Source: a virus
Lineage: Duplodnaviria > Caudoviricetes
Virus record (IMG/VR): IMGVR_UViG_3300010885_031309
Strand: one strand, 5' to 3'
DNA length: 64,000 bases
This document shows positions 1 to 14,300 of this stretch, in pieces. A model generated the notes under the pieces. The model did no database searches. It saw only the letters and a list, made by a program, of their open reading frames with translations, and was not told where the DNA came from. A program made the translations under genes and the position numbers. The stretch's first letter is position 1. Each line of letters begins with the position of its first letter.

Positions 1-723
1 GCTGCTAATTTTGGCGTCAGCACAGTTGCAAACCTTATAAAAAATCCAGCTAAAGCTATATCCGATGTAGTTACTGGTACTATTACTGGTTTAGCAGATA
101 AAACAATTGCAGTTAAAAATATGATATCTGGTGGAAATTTTGCTGCTGGAATTGGTGATAAGCTTATGTCTGGACTAAAGGGCGTTGCCAGTAGTATATC
201 TGAACTTGGAACTGCTGCGGCGGCAGGAGTAGCGGGTCTTACAGAAAAACTTCAAGGTGTGGCCAAAAAAGCATTTGCCGCAGTAGAGAGTTCATTTGGC
301 AAGTTAAAAGCTGGAATTCCTAATCCTCTTGGCGGATTAAAACAAGCAAAAGAATTAAGTCAAGCGGAGTCCAATATTGCAAAATTAAATGCGGCCAGTG
401 AAGAAGTTACTCAAGCTGAAGAAAATCTCAGAGAAGCAAAAAAACTCGCAAGACTCGCTGGTGAACAGACTGATAATTCATCAATACAACAAGCAGAAAG
501 TTTGTTGGCTCAGGCAAAACAAAAATCAGCCAAGTTGTCAGCGGAAATCGTAGTTGGAACTAGTGATGCTTCAACAGAAACAGCAATACCAAAGACTGGA
601 ATCAATTCATTGCCAGGTGGACTAGGAGCATTTGCTGCTCAAATCAGTAATGTAAAAAATAATGCACTTAGTACTCTTAAGAGTGCTGCTGCTAAAATAA
701 CAGATTTAACAGGAAAAAGATAA
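1..723 (+). CDS. 5'-truncated Ala/Ser/Lys/Gly-rich protein, probably structural (tail/baseplate region)
   Basis: Frame 1 is open from base 1 (no stop before the ATG at 121), so the gene starts upstream of the window. Low-complexity helical sequence, located before the gp25-like gene. Confidence 0.65.
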   Translation, partial: AANFGVSTVANLIKNPAKAISDVVTGTITGLADKTIAVKNMISGGNFAAGIGDKLMSGLKGVASSISELGTAAAAGVAGLTEKLQGVAKKAFAAVESSFGKLKAGIPNPLGGLKQAKELSQAESNIAKLNAASEEVTQAEENLREAKKLARLAGEQTDNSSIQQAESLLAQAKQKSAKLSAEIVVGTSDASTETAIPKTGINSLPGGLGAFAAQISNVKNNALSTLKSAAAKITDLTGKR

Positions 724-1406
724 TGAACTCATTAGAAAAACTAATAGATCCAACAAAATTAACTGGAAACTTAGTTGGTAATTTTCAAGCTGCTGTTAAT
801 GATTTATCAAAGTCGGTAAATTCTGAATTAACCACTCAAGCTACTAGTTTGACTGGGGAAATTTCTCAAAAATTAACATCTGGACTTTCCAGTTTAACTG
901 GAGGACTGACTGACAAAATCTCTTCAGCGTCCAAATTAGTCGGAGCAGTCACAAATCCAGCCGGCTTACTGGGAAAATTAGCAGGAAATGCAACAGGGGC
1001 ATTCTCTCAAGTTCAAAGTCTACTAGACAGTGTTGGAAATATGCCAGGTCAGATAAAAGCCCCGGTACTAGCATCTAATACTATAGATACAAGCGCGATA
1101 ACTGCAAAAATTGGAAAATTATTAGGCGACTCTAGAATTCCGCCTCCTGTTTTTGAAGAATTTGCATCTGATATCAAGTCAAACTCATATCAGAAGGCAC
1201 AGAGCGAGGCTCTTAGTAAAGTAGGTGAAATTGAAAGCAAGATAGAACTTCTGAAGATTAAACTTTCTGACATTCTTTCAAATGACGCGCAGTCCATGTT
1301 AAAGATCAAGGACTTTAATAAACAGATAGCTGCTCTGAATTCAGAGTTAGTGACATCACAACAGACATATGAGCGTGTCATAACAGGCAAAAACAATTCA
1401 GCATAA
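723..1406 (+). CDS. hypothetical Ser/Leu/Gly-rich protein, tail/baseplate module
   Basis: 227-aa ORF, TAATG overlap with the upstream stop (translational coupling), composition similar to the upstream ORF. Confidence 0.7.
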   Translation: MNSLEKLIDPTKLTGNLVGNFQAAVNDLSKSVNSELTTQATSLTGEISQKLTSGLSSLTGGLTDKISSASKLVGAVTNPAGLLGKLAGNATGAFSQVQSLLDSVGNMPGQIKAPVLASNTIDTSAITAKIGKLLGDSRIPPPVFEEFASDIKSNSYQKAQSEALSKVGEIESKIELLKIKLSDILSNDAQSMLKIKDFNKQIAALNSELVTSQQTYERVITGKNNSA

Positions 1407-1415
1407 ATATTTAAT

Positions 1416-1868
1416 ATGACAATATTTGCCGGGTTCAGCACACAAAGCGTTAACAAGCGTTTACAAATTAATCAACAGACTGTTGGTGGTGGAGTGGGTA
1501 CTATAACTCAACCGTCACAACTTGGCAAAAAATTTCGTTTAACAGACGAGCAATTGGTAATTCAGGATTTAGTAAACGCACTCAGTATAAAGCAGGGCGA
1601 TAAAGTTGGGAATCCTGGATATGGAACCACACTGTGGGAATTTTTATTTGATCCCAATACATCAGATGTTGTCAAACAACTTGAAACAGAAATTCGTAGA
1701 GTTGCTGGAACTGATCCTAGGATTCAACTAGATAATGTCAATGCATACTCGTATGAAAACGGTATATTGATAGAAGTGCAAGCTACTATTCAACCATTAA
1801 ACAGTTATGTGGAGTTTGGGTTATTAATAGACAAGCAAACTGGCACAATTCAGAACATGACAACTTAA
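1416..1868 (+). CDS. baseplate wedge subunit, T4 gp25/GPW-like
   Basis: DLVNALSIKQGDKVGNPGYGTTLWEFLFDP and IRRVAGTDPRIQL match the gp25 pattern (N-x-L-x-I-x-x-G-E/D...P-x-F/Y-G...EPR). Late promoter CATAAATA at 1402-1409. Confidence 0.9.
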   Translation: MTIFAGFSTQSVNKRLQINQQTVGGGVGTITQPSQLGKKFRLTDEQLVIQDLVNALSIKQGDKVGNPGYGTTLWEFLFDPNTSDVVKQLETEIRRVAGTDPRIQLDNVNAYSYENGILIEVQATIQPLNSYVEFGLLIDKQTGTIQNMTT

Positions 1869-1918
1869 AAGTTTAGTTTTTGAAACGGATAAATACTCTA
1901 TCATAGGATAATTATAAA

Positions 1919-4900
1919 ATGGCGACCAGCAGCAGACAGAGTGCGTTATTTGGCATACAAGATTGGAAAAGATTTTATCAGACCTATCGTGAGGCTGACT
2001 TTCAGAGTTATGATTATGAAACTCTTCGTAAAAGCTTTATAGACTATCTTACTCAGTACTATCCAGAAACATTTAATGACTACATTGAAAGTAGTGAATA
2101 TGTTGCATTATTAGATGTTATAGCCTTTATGGGCCAGTCACTGGCATTTCGTAACGATCTCAACGCACGAGAAAACTTTATTGATACCGCTGAGCGCCGA
2201 GATAGCGTTGTAAAATTAGCTAATCTTGTAAGTTATACTCCAAAAAGAAATATTACTGGACAGGGCCTACTAAAGCTAACTGCCGTAAGCACGACGGAAA
2301 ATGTGATTGATATTAATGGCGTAAATTTAAGCAATACAGTAGTGTTATGGAATGATAGCGCCAATAAAAATTGGCAAGAACAATTTAATATGATACTTAA
2401 TGCCAGTTTAATTAATAGTCAAAGAATTGGCCGCCCTGGAAATTCAAATTTAATAAACGGAATAAAAAGCGACGAGTATACCATAAACATTAATACAGAC
2501 GAAAATCCAATACTACCATTTAAGAGTCAAATTGATGGTACCGTAATGAATTTTGAATTAGTTAGTGTCAGCAGTATTAACAGTGAAAGTTATTATGAAT
2601 TACCTCCGGCTCCAAACGGACAATTTATTATGCTATACCGTAACGATAAATTGGGATATGGTAGTTCCGACACTGGATTCTTTTTTTATTTTAAGCAGGG
2701 TACACTGTTGAGTCGTGACTTTGGTTTTTCAGAGAGAATAGAAAACAATAGTCATTCTATAGATATCATGGGTATCAATGACACTGACACCTGGCTATAT
2801 GAACTAGACGATGCTGAAACTCCACTATATAGATGGAGAAAAGTTGATAGTTTATATGCCTACACTGATTCGGTCAATAACACTATCAGCAGAAAAATAT
2901 TTGCTGTAACAAGTAGATACAATGACCAAGTAAATTATGTATTTGGTGATGGTACATTTGGAGAAATTCCAGTTGGAAAATTTCGTGCATATGTGCGTAG
3001 TGGCAACGCTGCTACATACACAATCAATCCAAGTGAGATGCAGGGTATAGTAGTTAATTTAGACTATATTAGTAGAAATAATAAAACTGAAACTTTAACA
3101 CTTACACTAAACTTACAGACAACTGTAAATACGGCACTGGAAAGAGAGTCCCTGCTTTCAATAAAAGAACGAGCACCAGCACGATACTACACACAAAATC
3201 GCATGGTAAACGGAGAAGATTACAGTAATTTTCCGTTTACGCAATACAATAGTATTGCCAAGAGCAAAGCTCTAAATCGCAGTAGCATTGGCATCAGTCG
3301 CAACCTAGATTTGTTAGATCCAACTGCAAAATACAGTAGCGTTAATGTGTTTGCCGATGACGGAGCACTATACACTGACAGTATGGACTCAGTTAGTACA
3401 TTTAGTACCAGCAGCATTAATATTGCACTTGAATTTGTCAACAGTACACTTAGTGTACTTTTAAGTGATAGCGCAGCACAACAATACTATCAAGCAAATT
3501 ATACTAGATATGTTCCAAGTATTGATTCCTCTGGATCTAAGATTTATTGGAACAAATCATCGGTGAGTAATAATGCGGTAACTGGATATTTTTATAACAA
3601 GATTGGTAACAGTATTGTTCCTATAAGTGCCGGTATTTCTGCTAGTAATAATATCAGATATGCTACCAAAGGCGCGCACTTAAAATTTGTTGCTCCAGCG
3701 GGAAAATATTTTACCAGTGACAATCGTTTAATGGACATCAACTCTTCAAATAGGTCTGAGAGTAAATCATATATATGGGTAGGTATTATTGATGTTATTG
3801 GAGACGGTAAAAATTTTGGAAATGGGAACTTCCTGGATAATTCTGGTCCAATTAAATTAAGCTCATATGTGCCAACAGGAGCAGAGTTAAGCGTAATAAT
3901 TCCAGCTTTTGATAACACAGTTGGTAGTACTATTATTAATCAAATGACTGAGTTGATTAAACAAGAACAAAACTTTTCATTGATATTTGATAACAGTGTT
4001 CCTATAAATTTACTCAGATGGTCAGTAACTACAAAAGCAAATAATAATTGGTTTGTTAAGTTTGAATATAACAGCATAAATTCCAACTATGAAGTAAGAA
4101 CTCGAAACATAAATTATTATTTCGGAAGCGTATACAATGTGAGATTTTCATTTGAAAACAATAAAAAAATATATGATCAAAAAACTGGACAAACACTGAG
4201 TGATTTTGTCAATATTATTAAAACAAATGATAATGCTACCAGTACACGCACACTTGGAATGGATTATGTATTAAATGTCACTGATCAGGTAACACTGAGT
4301 GATGGTTATCCAGACGACTATCAAGTAAAAGTAAGTAGTATAAATTCAACTACTGGTTTTAGTTATGATCCTGATTTTTTTAGTAATATATCCGATACTC
4401 AGAACAGTTTAGTATTTTTCAAAAAATACTTGGACTCTGATGCACTCTATCGTTCGCAACTGTTGTCTACTGGTGCTGTAATTTATAATTACAGTACTAA
4501 AAATGACATACTTGAAATTATGTACGACTATCCAGCAAACACAGTGTTTTATGCAACTTCGGAAAAAATATTCTGGCAAACTCAGCCGATTAAAAATGTT
4601 ACACCAACAGTGTACAACTTAGTTGAAGTAACTGATAATTATTTTGCAAGATCTGGTAGAGGAAACATTAACTTTCAGTACAGACACAACAGTGATAACT
4701 CTACTAGAGTTGATGTCGCAACTACAAATATCATTGATTTATATCTTGTCACTCAGTCATATTATACTCAGTATCAGAATTGGTTGAATGATACAACTGG
4801 AACAGTTACAGAGCCAGTTAAACCATCTACTAACGAATTACAGCAGGCATATGGAAATTTAGACAAATATAAAATGCTGTCAGATACAATAATATTGAAC

Positions 4901-5281
4901 AGTGTTATTTTTAAACCACTGTTTGGAAAAAAGGCCGCTCCTGCACTTCGCGGACAAATTAAAGTCATTAAGAGTTCAAATATTACTGTAAGCGACAGTC
5001 AGATTCGTAGTAGTGTATTGAGTGCATTAAATAATTATTTTACACTTGACAAGTGGGATTTTGGAGATACTTTTTACTTTAGTGAATTATCGGCGTATTT
5101 GCATTTTCAATTGGGTGGGCTCATTAGTTCTGTTGTTTTAGTTCCTAATGACCCGACACAAACATTTGGAGATTTGTATGAAATACGCAGTGCTCCTAAT
5201 GAAATATTTGTAAATGGAGCAACAACATCTGATATTATCGTAATCAGTTCTTTAACTGCACAGACTTTGCAGCAATCTTAA
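1919..5281 (+). CDS. baseplate wedge protein, T4 gp6-like (extended)
   Basis: N-terminal DFQSYDYETLRKSFIDYL...FNDYIESSEYVALLDVIAF...NARENFIDTAERRDSVVKLANLVSY, FGDGTFG, QNRMVNGEDY. Follows the gp25-like gene; GATAAATA at 1888-1895. Confidence 0.9.
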   Translation: MATSSRQSALFGIQDWKRFYQTYREADFQSYDYETLRKSFIDYLTQYYPETFNDYIESSEYVALLDVIAFMGQSLAFRNDLNARENFIDTAERRDSVVKLANLVSYTPKRNITGQGLLKLTAVSTTENVIDINGVNLSNTVVLWNDSANKNWQEQFNMILNASLINSQRIGRPGNSNLINGIKSDEYTININTDENPILPFKSQIDGTVMNFELVSVSSINSESYYELPPAPNGQFIMLYRNDKLGYGSSDTGFFFYFKQGTLLSRDFGFSERIENNSHSIDIMGINDTDTWLYELDDAETPLYRWRKVDSLYAYTDSVNNTISRKIFAVTSRYNDQVNYVFGDGTFGEIPVGKFRAYVRSGNAATYTINPSEMQGIVVNLDYISRNNKTETLTLTLNLQTTVNTALERESLLSIKERAPARYYTQNRMVNGEDYSNFPFTQYNSIAKSKALNRSSIGISRNLDLLDPTAKYSSVNVFADDGALYTDSMDSVSTFSTSSINIALEFVNSTLSVLLSDSAAQQYYQANYTRYVPSIDSSGSKIYWNKSSVSNNAVTGYFYNKIGNSIVPISAGISASNNIRYATKGAHLKFVAPAGKYFTSDNRLMDINSSNRSESKSYIWVGIIDVIGDGKNFGNGNFLDNSGPIKLSSYVPTGAELSVIIPAFDNTVGSTIINQMTELIKQEQNFSLIFDNSVPINLLRWSVTTKANNNWFVKFEYNSINSNYEVRTRNINYYFGSVYNVRFSFENNKKIYDQKTGQTLSDFVNIIKTNDNATSTRTLGMDYVLNVTDQVTLSDGYPDDYQVKVSSINSTTGFSYDPDFFSNISDTQNSLVFFKKYLDSDALYRSQLLSTGAVIYNYSTKNDILEIMYDYPANTVFYATSEKIFWQTQPIKNVTPTVYNLVEVTDNYFARSGRGNINFQYRHNSDNSTRVDVATTNIIDLYLVTQSYYTQYQNWLNDTTGTVTEPVKPSTNELQQAYGNLDKYKMLSDTIILNSVIFKPLFGKKAAPALRGQIKVIKSSNITVSDSQIRSSVLSALNNYFTLDKWDFGDTFYFSELSAYLHFQLGGLISSVVLVPNDPTQTFGDLYEIRSAPNEIFVNGATTSDIIVISSLTAQTLQQS

Positions 5282-5333
5282 AAATGCTAATATATTAATA
5301 AGATAAGTAATAGTATACAGATAGTAACATAAT

Positions 5334-8300
5334 ATGGTCAATAAAGTAAGGACATTGGATTTTCTACCAGAGATATTCAGAACTGAAAGTAATCGTCAGT
5401 TTCTAAATGCTACTCTGGATGTGTTAACAGCACAACCCAACTTAAATAGAGTTCAGGGTTATATAGGAACCAAGTATGGCTACGGCGTCAATGCAGATGA
5501 TAAGTATGTGATAGAACCCACTGTCGGCAGATCAAATTATCAATTTGACCCCAGCGTTGTTTTCTTAAAACCAGATACACAACAGGCAACTGATTTTATT
5601 GATTATTCAGGAATTGTCAAAGCAATTAATAATTTTGGCGGTCAGACATACAACCATGACAGACTATTCAATAATGAATTTTACAGTTGGGACCCATTTA
5701 TTGACTATGACAAGATAGTAAATTTTTCGCAGTATTACTGGATTCCCTACGGACCCGATGCAGTTTTAATAACAAACAGAACTATTTTCCTAGAAGACAA
5801 GTATCTTCTTTCTAGTTCAAAAAATGAATTTAAGTTAACTGATAATGCGGGATCAAACCCAATTATTAATTTACTTCGCGGTGGAACATATACCTTTGAA
5901 TTGGAAACATCTCTAGCTGATGAGCAATTGTGGATTCAAGGAGTTCCTGGATTATCCGGATATGAAACTACAACAAATACTCGCGAGATACTTGGTGTCA
6001 CTGAAAATGGTACACGCACTATTACTTTTACTGTACCAGAGTCTGATGCACAGAGCGCGTTTAATATACCTGGAAACTTATCAGTTGATCTGGTAACTAC
6101 TAAACTCTACAGTGAAATTAATAATTCATCTATTACTACTATTGATGGAATCAGTGAGATAAACGGAAAAACACTGCTATTCTATAATAGTGAAAATAGA
6201 AAAGAATTCTATACTATACAAGTAAATAACAACACAGTTAGTTTAACTGCTGGTTCTACTATACCAGCAACACAAAAAATAATAGTTAATAGCGGTGTAA
6301 AATACGCTGGTCAAATATTTTACAGAACACAGACGGACACTATTGCACAGATCCCGTATCTTAGTGCAGTATTAAACAAATTATATTATCAGAGCAGTGT
6401 TGATGAAAAACGGGTTGGTCAAATCAACATATTTGAAACAAATGCCGCGGCATACATTGACGTTAATGACATTATTGGAAAGAAAACTTATACATCTTCC
6501 AATGGAGTAACATTTACCAATGGATTAAAAATCAAGTTTGACAATTCTGTTGTACCTGCTAGTTACGCTGATAAAGAATATTATGTTGACGGTGTTGGAA
6601 CATCAATTAAGCTGTTGGAAGTTTCAAAGTATGCTGTTACAGAACTAAGTTCTGAATTGGTATACAATTTATGGGATGATGTTACATATGACTTAAATCG
6701 TTGGGACAGTGACTTATATGCACCAATGACACCCGATTATATTACTATTAACAGAAACAGCAGAGATTTGAACGCATGGACTCGTAGCAACCGCTGGTTT
6801 CATCAGAGTGTTATAGATACTACAGTAGCAGCACTGGGTTATGTATCTGCCAAGGGTACAAATAAAGTTATCAGAGCGCAAAGACCAATCATTGAATTTC
6901 GTGGTAATTTACAACTGTTTGGGGGTGGAAATAACAGTGCGGGCGCAGTAACCTACTTTGATAATTCTGGATCATCACTAATCAATATTGTAGGTAAAAC
7001 ATCATATCAAATTGATGGTATTGAATTGTTGGATGGAGATCGCATAGTACTTGCTACTGATGATAATACTGAAGTAAGAAAAAATGTCTATGTAGTTGAA
7101 ATGATATCTACAAATCAGAACCAGTCTGCGGCGATTACTCTCAATCCAGTATTAGATTTAACAATAGCGGATCAAACTGAAATTAATGTACTGTTTGGAA
7201 GCGCACATCGCGGCACAACTTGGAAGTGGGATCTAATAACCAATTCTTGGGTTCAAACACAGAAAAAAATAAAAGTAAATCAACCTCCGCTATTTGATAT
7301 AGTAGATGACAATCTTAATAGTTTGAGTAATACAACATACTATGGTAGCACAAACTTTAAGGGATCCATGTTATTCAGCTATACTACTGGAGTCGGGATC
7401 AATGATTCCGTTCTTGGATTTCCAATATCATACAGTAGCTTAAATAATATCGGCGATATTAACTTTACAGTTAATTTTAATGACGACACATTCACATACT
7501 ATGAGGGTAATGTTGAAATAAACTTCAGTGTTAACATTGGATATGTAAAGCATAATATTACATCTGACACTAGTGAAAAATTAACTGGTTGGGTGCCAGC
7601 AACTGACACTAGTTTTCAATATCAAGTTTTGCAGTATGCTCTTAAATCAGGAGATACTACTATAGTATGTGACATTCCAGCAAAACTTACAACAAGTTGG
7701 AATCCAATACAAATATACTTAGAAGATACTGTATTAGATAGTGCTGATTATGCGGTAACAGTAGAAAATAATAAAACTATAATAAAGTTGTCCGCTGCTA
7801 TACAGACTACTAGTACAGCAACAGTGTTAATATATAGCGACTCGGTTTCAGAAAATGCATATTACACTGTGCCCAGTAATTTGCTAAGTAATCCATTTAA
7901 TACTAATATTACTAGCGTAGATGTTGGTGATATTAGAAATCAGTACAGAACTATATTCTCTAATGCACCTGAGGTAACTGGAGCGGTATTTGGCACAAAC
8001 AACATACATGACTTGGGTCAAGTATATCAATACGGTACCAGTATTATTCAAAGTAGTTCTAGTTTAGTATTACCTGGTATATTCTTACGCAAGAGTGATG
8101 CGTCATTATTTGATGCACTGCAATATTGCAATAATGAGTATTATAATTACAAGACGCTGTTAGTAGATATTGCTTATAAAAATGATTATAGTGTGTATCA
8201 AACACCCTATCAGATATTGGACAATATCATACATGAAATAGTAACTATCAAAAATAAGTCAACATCGTTTTTCTGGACTGACATGCTATACAGTGGAAGT

Positions 8301-11300
8301 CCATATGTCACTAACACATATAAGTTTGAAGTAGCTCCAACATCCAATGTTTTTTCTTTGTCCAGAATATATGATTTTTCATCAGCAAATTATAATGCAA
8401 TTGGAATTTATTTAACTAGAAAAGTCAGTGGACAGTCACGCACAACTCAATTAATAAGAAACATAGATTACATAGTTAGTTCTACTGGACCCACGATAGA
8501 AATTATTACATCATTGACTGATGGAGATGAGATTACTATCAATGAGTACAATCAGACATATGGAAGCTACTGTCCAAGTACTCCGTCTGCACTTGGACTA
8601 TACCCTTCGTTTGCACCAGAAATAATTGAAGATAAAACATATGGTGAGAATGCATATTTTATAGTCGGACATGATGGTAGTTATAATAAATTATATGGAA
8701 ATTATGTTAACGGCGCACTTGATGATTTTCGCGATATAGCATTATTTGAGTTTGAAAAAAGAATATACAATAATATAAAATCATCTGGAACTATACCACT
8801 TAGTGATGACACTGTTATTCCCGGGCAGTTTAGAAACACTGAGTACTCTCGCGATGAAATACTGAATATATACAGTACTAATTTTCTAAATTGGGTAGGA
8901 ACTAATAGACTTGATTTTAGAAAACAATACTACAATGTAGGTTCTTCATTTAGTTATAATTATAATCAATCATCTAATAGATTAACAAACACGGCTCTAG
9001 TAGAGGGATACTGGAGAGGAATATATCGTTGGTTATACGACACTGATCATCCACACGACAGACCATGGGAAATGTTAGGTTTAACATCAAAGCCAACTTG
9101 GTGGGATACTAGATACGGTCAAGCTCCGTATACTAGTGATAACTTGTACATGTGGAAGGATATTGCTGCTGGATATATATGGAATAGTGGCGATGCTTAT
9201 ACTAACAAGTCAAAAATTCGTCCAGAACTATTAAAAATACTGCCAGTAGACAGTCTAGGACAATTAAAATCTCCACTACATGTAGTAGTTGGTAATCATA
9301 ACAAATTAACTTTCAATAGAGATTGGATTGTTGGAGATCAGGCACCTACAGAAAACGCATACTTAAAATCAAGCTCTTGGCCATTTGATCTAGTAAGAAT
9401 TTTAGCATTAACCAAGCCAGCGCAATTCTTTAATTTATTTGCTGACTTGGATTCATATAAGTGGAACTCTGAGTTCAAACAATATCTGTATAATAATAGA
9501 TATCACTTGGATTGTCGCGAATTGAATATACATGGTTCTGGAACAGCCAAGCGTAGTTATATTAACTGGATTGTAGACTATATTAATGTTCGCGGTGTAA
9601 GCGGACACGAAGTTGTTACCAACTACTTGCGTAATATTGATGTAAGACTGACTTACAAAGCTGCTGGCTTTAGTTCTAAAAATTATCTGAAGTTTTATGT
9701 AGAGCGAGCTACGCCAGACAGCAAAAATACTGGATTTTTAATACCAGACGAAAGTTATTCTATACTGTTATACAACAGTGTTTGGGAAAGTAAAATAGAC
9801 TATAGTTCTATTATATTTCAACGAGTTAAAAATGGCTGGACAGTCTGGGGAAACAATCAGTCACAGCAGTACTTTAAGACAGCGGTGTCAAAAACAAATT
9901 CCAAGTACACTACTATTAATTTTGATTCAACGCAAGTAAAAATCGGCAATTCATGGTATGAAGACAGAGAACAAATAATATCGTATGGAACACTGTTTCA
10001 TAGTCAGCAAGCAATCAGTGAATTTATTAATAATTACGGACACTATTTAATCACACAGGGTGTTGAGTTTGATAACATTTCAAATGGAGTTTCATTAAAT
10101 TGGAACAGAATGATCCAAGAATTTCTTGCTTGGTCACAGCAAGAATGGGAATATGGTAGTACCATAGCTATAAATCCCAACGCAAGAAAGTTTACAGTTA
10201 ATAAACCTGGACTAGTAGTTCAGCCGATAACTATTCAGGACAAGAATTTTGTATTAAATCAGAACTTAATTCCAATACAAGCACAAAATTCTGCTGTGTA
10301 TCGCAATAATGAACAGTTTACAATAGAAATTCTGAATGAAGGCGACACTGTTGCTAATACTAATTTGCACTTGAATAGTATTGAACATGCTGTAGTTTTT
10401 GACAATAGCACTGTATTCGGTGATTTGATTTACAACTTAGTTACTGGTTTGCGACAGCAACGACTTCTATTGCGTGGATATAAAACTGCTGAATGGAGCG
10501 GTTATGTAGATGCTGCTGGATTTATTATTAATGAAGATAATATCAAAGAATGGGCGTCAAACATAAAGTATCCCAAAGGTTCAATTGTTACGCACAAAGG
10601 CTTATACTGGTCAGCTAATAAATTACTAGAGCCAACACTGACTTTTGTTCAATCAGATTGGAAGCAAATAGATTATGAAAATGTAAAAACTGGTTTGCTA
10701 AGTAACCCAAGTACTAATGCGTATCAAAGCTTGTATTACTATGACAGTTACAATGCAAACTTGAAACAAGATGAAGATCTATTGGCTTTTAGTTTGATAG
10801 GATATAGACCAAGAAACTATCTAGCATCTGCTGACTTAAGTGATATCACTCAAATAAATGTATTCAAAAATATTATAGCTGAAAAGGGAACAATAGCTCT
10901 AGCGGAATCTTTCAAAAATACAGTGTTTGATCAGGGTCCAATAGACTATGATATAAAAGAAATATGGGCTGTTAACACTAATACTTTTGGCAGCGTATTG
11001 AATAGTAATTTTGTTGAATTTAAGTTAAATCAATCTTTTCTTACTGGTAATCCTACATTGATTGAAATCAGTGATGAAACTGCAAGTTCGGAAGTACAAC
11101 AAACAGTACTACTCAATGAATTGACAAACTGGGGTCGTCCACCTACTAGTAAGAATTTCTTGCCAAAGCAAACCAAATATTCCGAGTACTTGCCCAGTGC
11201 TGGATATGTTGATGTCAGAGACACAGATTATCAAGTTTATGAATTTGAAGATTTGAATGATGAACCTTCAATCATTGACTCACTGAGTGTTAATAAGATA

Positions 11301-14300
11301 TTGTGGATAGCAAAATATAAATCTAGCTGGAATATTTATAGTGCAAGCCCATTAGGTGCAAATTGCATACAAGTTGACAACAATCAAAATGGAACACTAA
11401 CAATAACATTTGATAGACCGCATAACTTAAATGAAAATGAACATTTTGCAATTAATAATTTTGATCCGTTAGTCAACAAATTTTATACAGTTGATACTGT
11501 AAAGTCACTGACTTCTGTTGTAGTCAGCTATGATCTAGACAACACTGTTGTTAGATTATCTGGTTTTGGAATTGGATTTAAGTTAGTATCTAGGCGCTTT
11601 AATCAGGCAAGTGATGCAGTAGATGTAACAGCCCCATACTCAGAATATTCTACTAGAAAAATATGGGTAGATACTGATTCCGACGATAGATGGGCCGTTT
11701 ATGCATCAAGTATGGTATTCAATGAAACACAGTTGGAAATCCCGCAATCAACAGATGTTGGTTCTGCGGTCTCTTACAGTGAAGAAATAGGATATTTGTA
11801 TGCCGATGCAACGGAGTCTAGAGTATATTGTTACAACAACGATAATTTAAGTACTTTAACTGGTAATTCAAACTTTGGAAAAGTAGTTAAAACAGCCGCA
11901 GATAAACTTTTTATAGCATCAAACAGTAATGTTTATTACTATGACAGTAGATTAACACTAAATCAGATATTGCCAGAAGCTGATATCGCTGATATTGCAT
12001 GCGGAACAAACTCCAGATGGCTGTATTTGTTAAAAAAATCCACTAGTGAACTAGTAATTTATCACTTGGATAACAATAATAATTATGTTCTAGTAAGCAA
12101 TACTGGAAACTCAGTTGCTTACGGAAATGCCACGTCTATTGCATCAAGCATTGACGGACGCCGACTAATAGTTGGTGCTGCAACTGAGACTGTAAATGAA
12201 TTATCCAATGCAGGCGCAGTATATGTATACAGTCGTGAATTGCAAAGATTTATTTCAGATGGCATATCAACAGAATATAGATTACAATCTAGTGTACCAA
12301 ATAATATTGCTGATGTGTATCTAAATGGAATACTGACAACACAGTTTGTTGTTAGTAACAATTTAATCGTACTAAATTCTGCAGCCCCAACGGGTACTAT
12401 AGTAACTGTAGAACACGCAGATCTAACGCTACTACAAGTAATTCAAGCAGATGAGCCAAGAACAGGAGCCCAATTTGGAGCATCTGTTGACACAAATCGC
12501 TATGGGTCAAATTTTGTTGTTGGATGTCCATTTGATTTAACTACGATAAACACTGTTTCAAATATAGAAGGTTCAGTGTATGCATATGCAAACGAGGCTC
12601 AAAGATATGGTACAGTGACGCTCAAATCACCACTGGTCGTTGCAGATGATGTGATATTTTTTGACGGCTATCTAGTGAAATTTGAGTCGGATACAGACAA
12701 TATTAATAATATTACAGAACAGATTAATACTCAGACCCCAGTAAACATTGTTGCCACAGCAAATTCAAGTACTAATAGTATTACTATTACTGTGCGAGAC
12801 CGCACTGCTGAGACTCCATATGACATTATTGATGTTGTTGCTAATATAAATGTGGCCACTCGTCTGAAATTGAATCAATATACAAACACACAAAAAATAA
12901 CTGCCGTTAATATGCCGCAGAGAGCGCAGTTTGGTAGTGTTGTTCGCATGAATGAGAGAGATAGTTTAATAGTTTCTGCTCCCGTGACTGCCAGATTAAG
13001 CCCAACTGTGTTTGATAAGCCAAATAGCTGCGATGTACATGTGACAGCTTTTGATAACGGTGTTACTACTTTTATAGATAACTTCAATGAAGTTGGCATG
13101 ATATATCAATATGACTATTTGCCAGCAGAAAACGAAACGATTAGTAATTCTGGAAAATATGTTTTTGGACAATACATTACTAGTAGTAATACTAATTATG
13201 GTGCACAGTCTAAATTTGGACACTCAGTGGACTATCGCAATAATACTATAATAGTAGGTGCCCCAAATTACAGCAGTAATGGAAATGGATTTGTTTCTGT
13301 ATTCAGAAATCAGCAAACTAGTGATCCATGTCAAGTAATTAATCCAACTAGTTGGTATGTTTATAAAAAACCAATAGACAGTGTTGACATACATAAAATT
13401 AATAACATTAGCATATACGAAGAATTCAGTGAAAAAACTTTAGAATATTTGGATTATATAGATCCGCTACAGGGCAAACTATTAGGTGCAGTGTCTGTAA
13501 ATATTGATGTTATTAGTGAGTATGATCCCGCTGGATATGAAAGTAATGAATTACAGTGGGGACAAGAGCATGTAGGTAAAATATGGTTGAATACCAGAAA
13601 TTTGCGGATACTGAATTATAATCAGCAGGATGTAAATTATAATGCAAAAAATTGGGGAGCGGCATTTCCTGGAAGTTCTGCTGATGTATTTACTTGGATA
13701 GAAAGCAATGTGTCTCCGCTGAACTATAATGACAGTGGTTTCCCAATTACATATGATAAATTCGTAGTCAGAACTGTATTGAACAATGCTACGAATAGTC
13801 TAGCTGTAAAATACTATTTCTGGGTTAAAAATTACAGTAAGATACCCAACGGAAAAACTCTAAGCCCACTAGCACTTGCACAGTACATATTAAATCCTCA
13901 GAGTAGTGGAATTGCTTATCTGGCACCAATAACAACCAACACAGTTGCTTTGTATAATAGCTCTGAGTACATTAATGCGGCCAGTGGAATTTTACATATA
14001 GGATATGGAAATTCAGTTTATGTTGATAATAAGCACGATGTTTGGAGATTGATTCGTACTAATAGTGATGATTTCTTGTCTGGTTTCCCAACAGCTAAGA
14101 AACCAACTCCAACCGATTTATACTTAAAGTATTTGGATAGTTTTAGTGGAGCTGATGTTAATTATAATTTTGTTCCAGACACAAGACTTCCTCTAGCAGT
14201 CAGAAGCGGTGTCTCTTTCTCTCCAAGACAAACAATGTTTGTGGATAGACTAGTTGCATTGGAAAATTATATTACATATGTTAATAACATACTGACACAG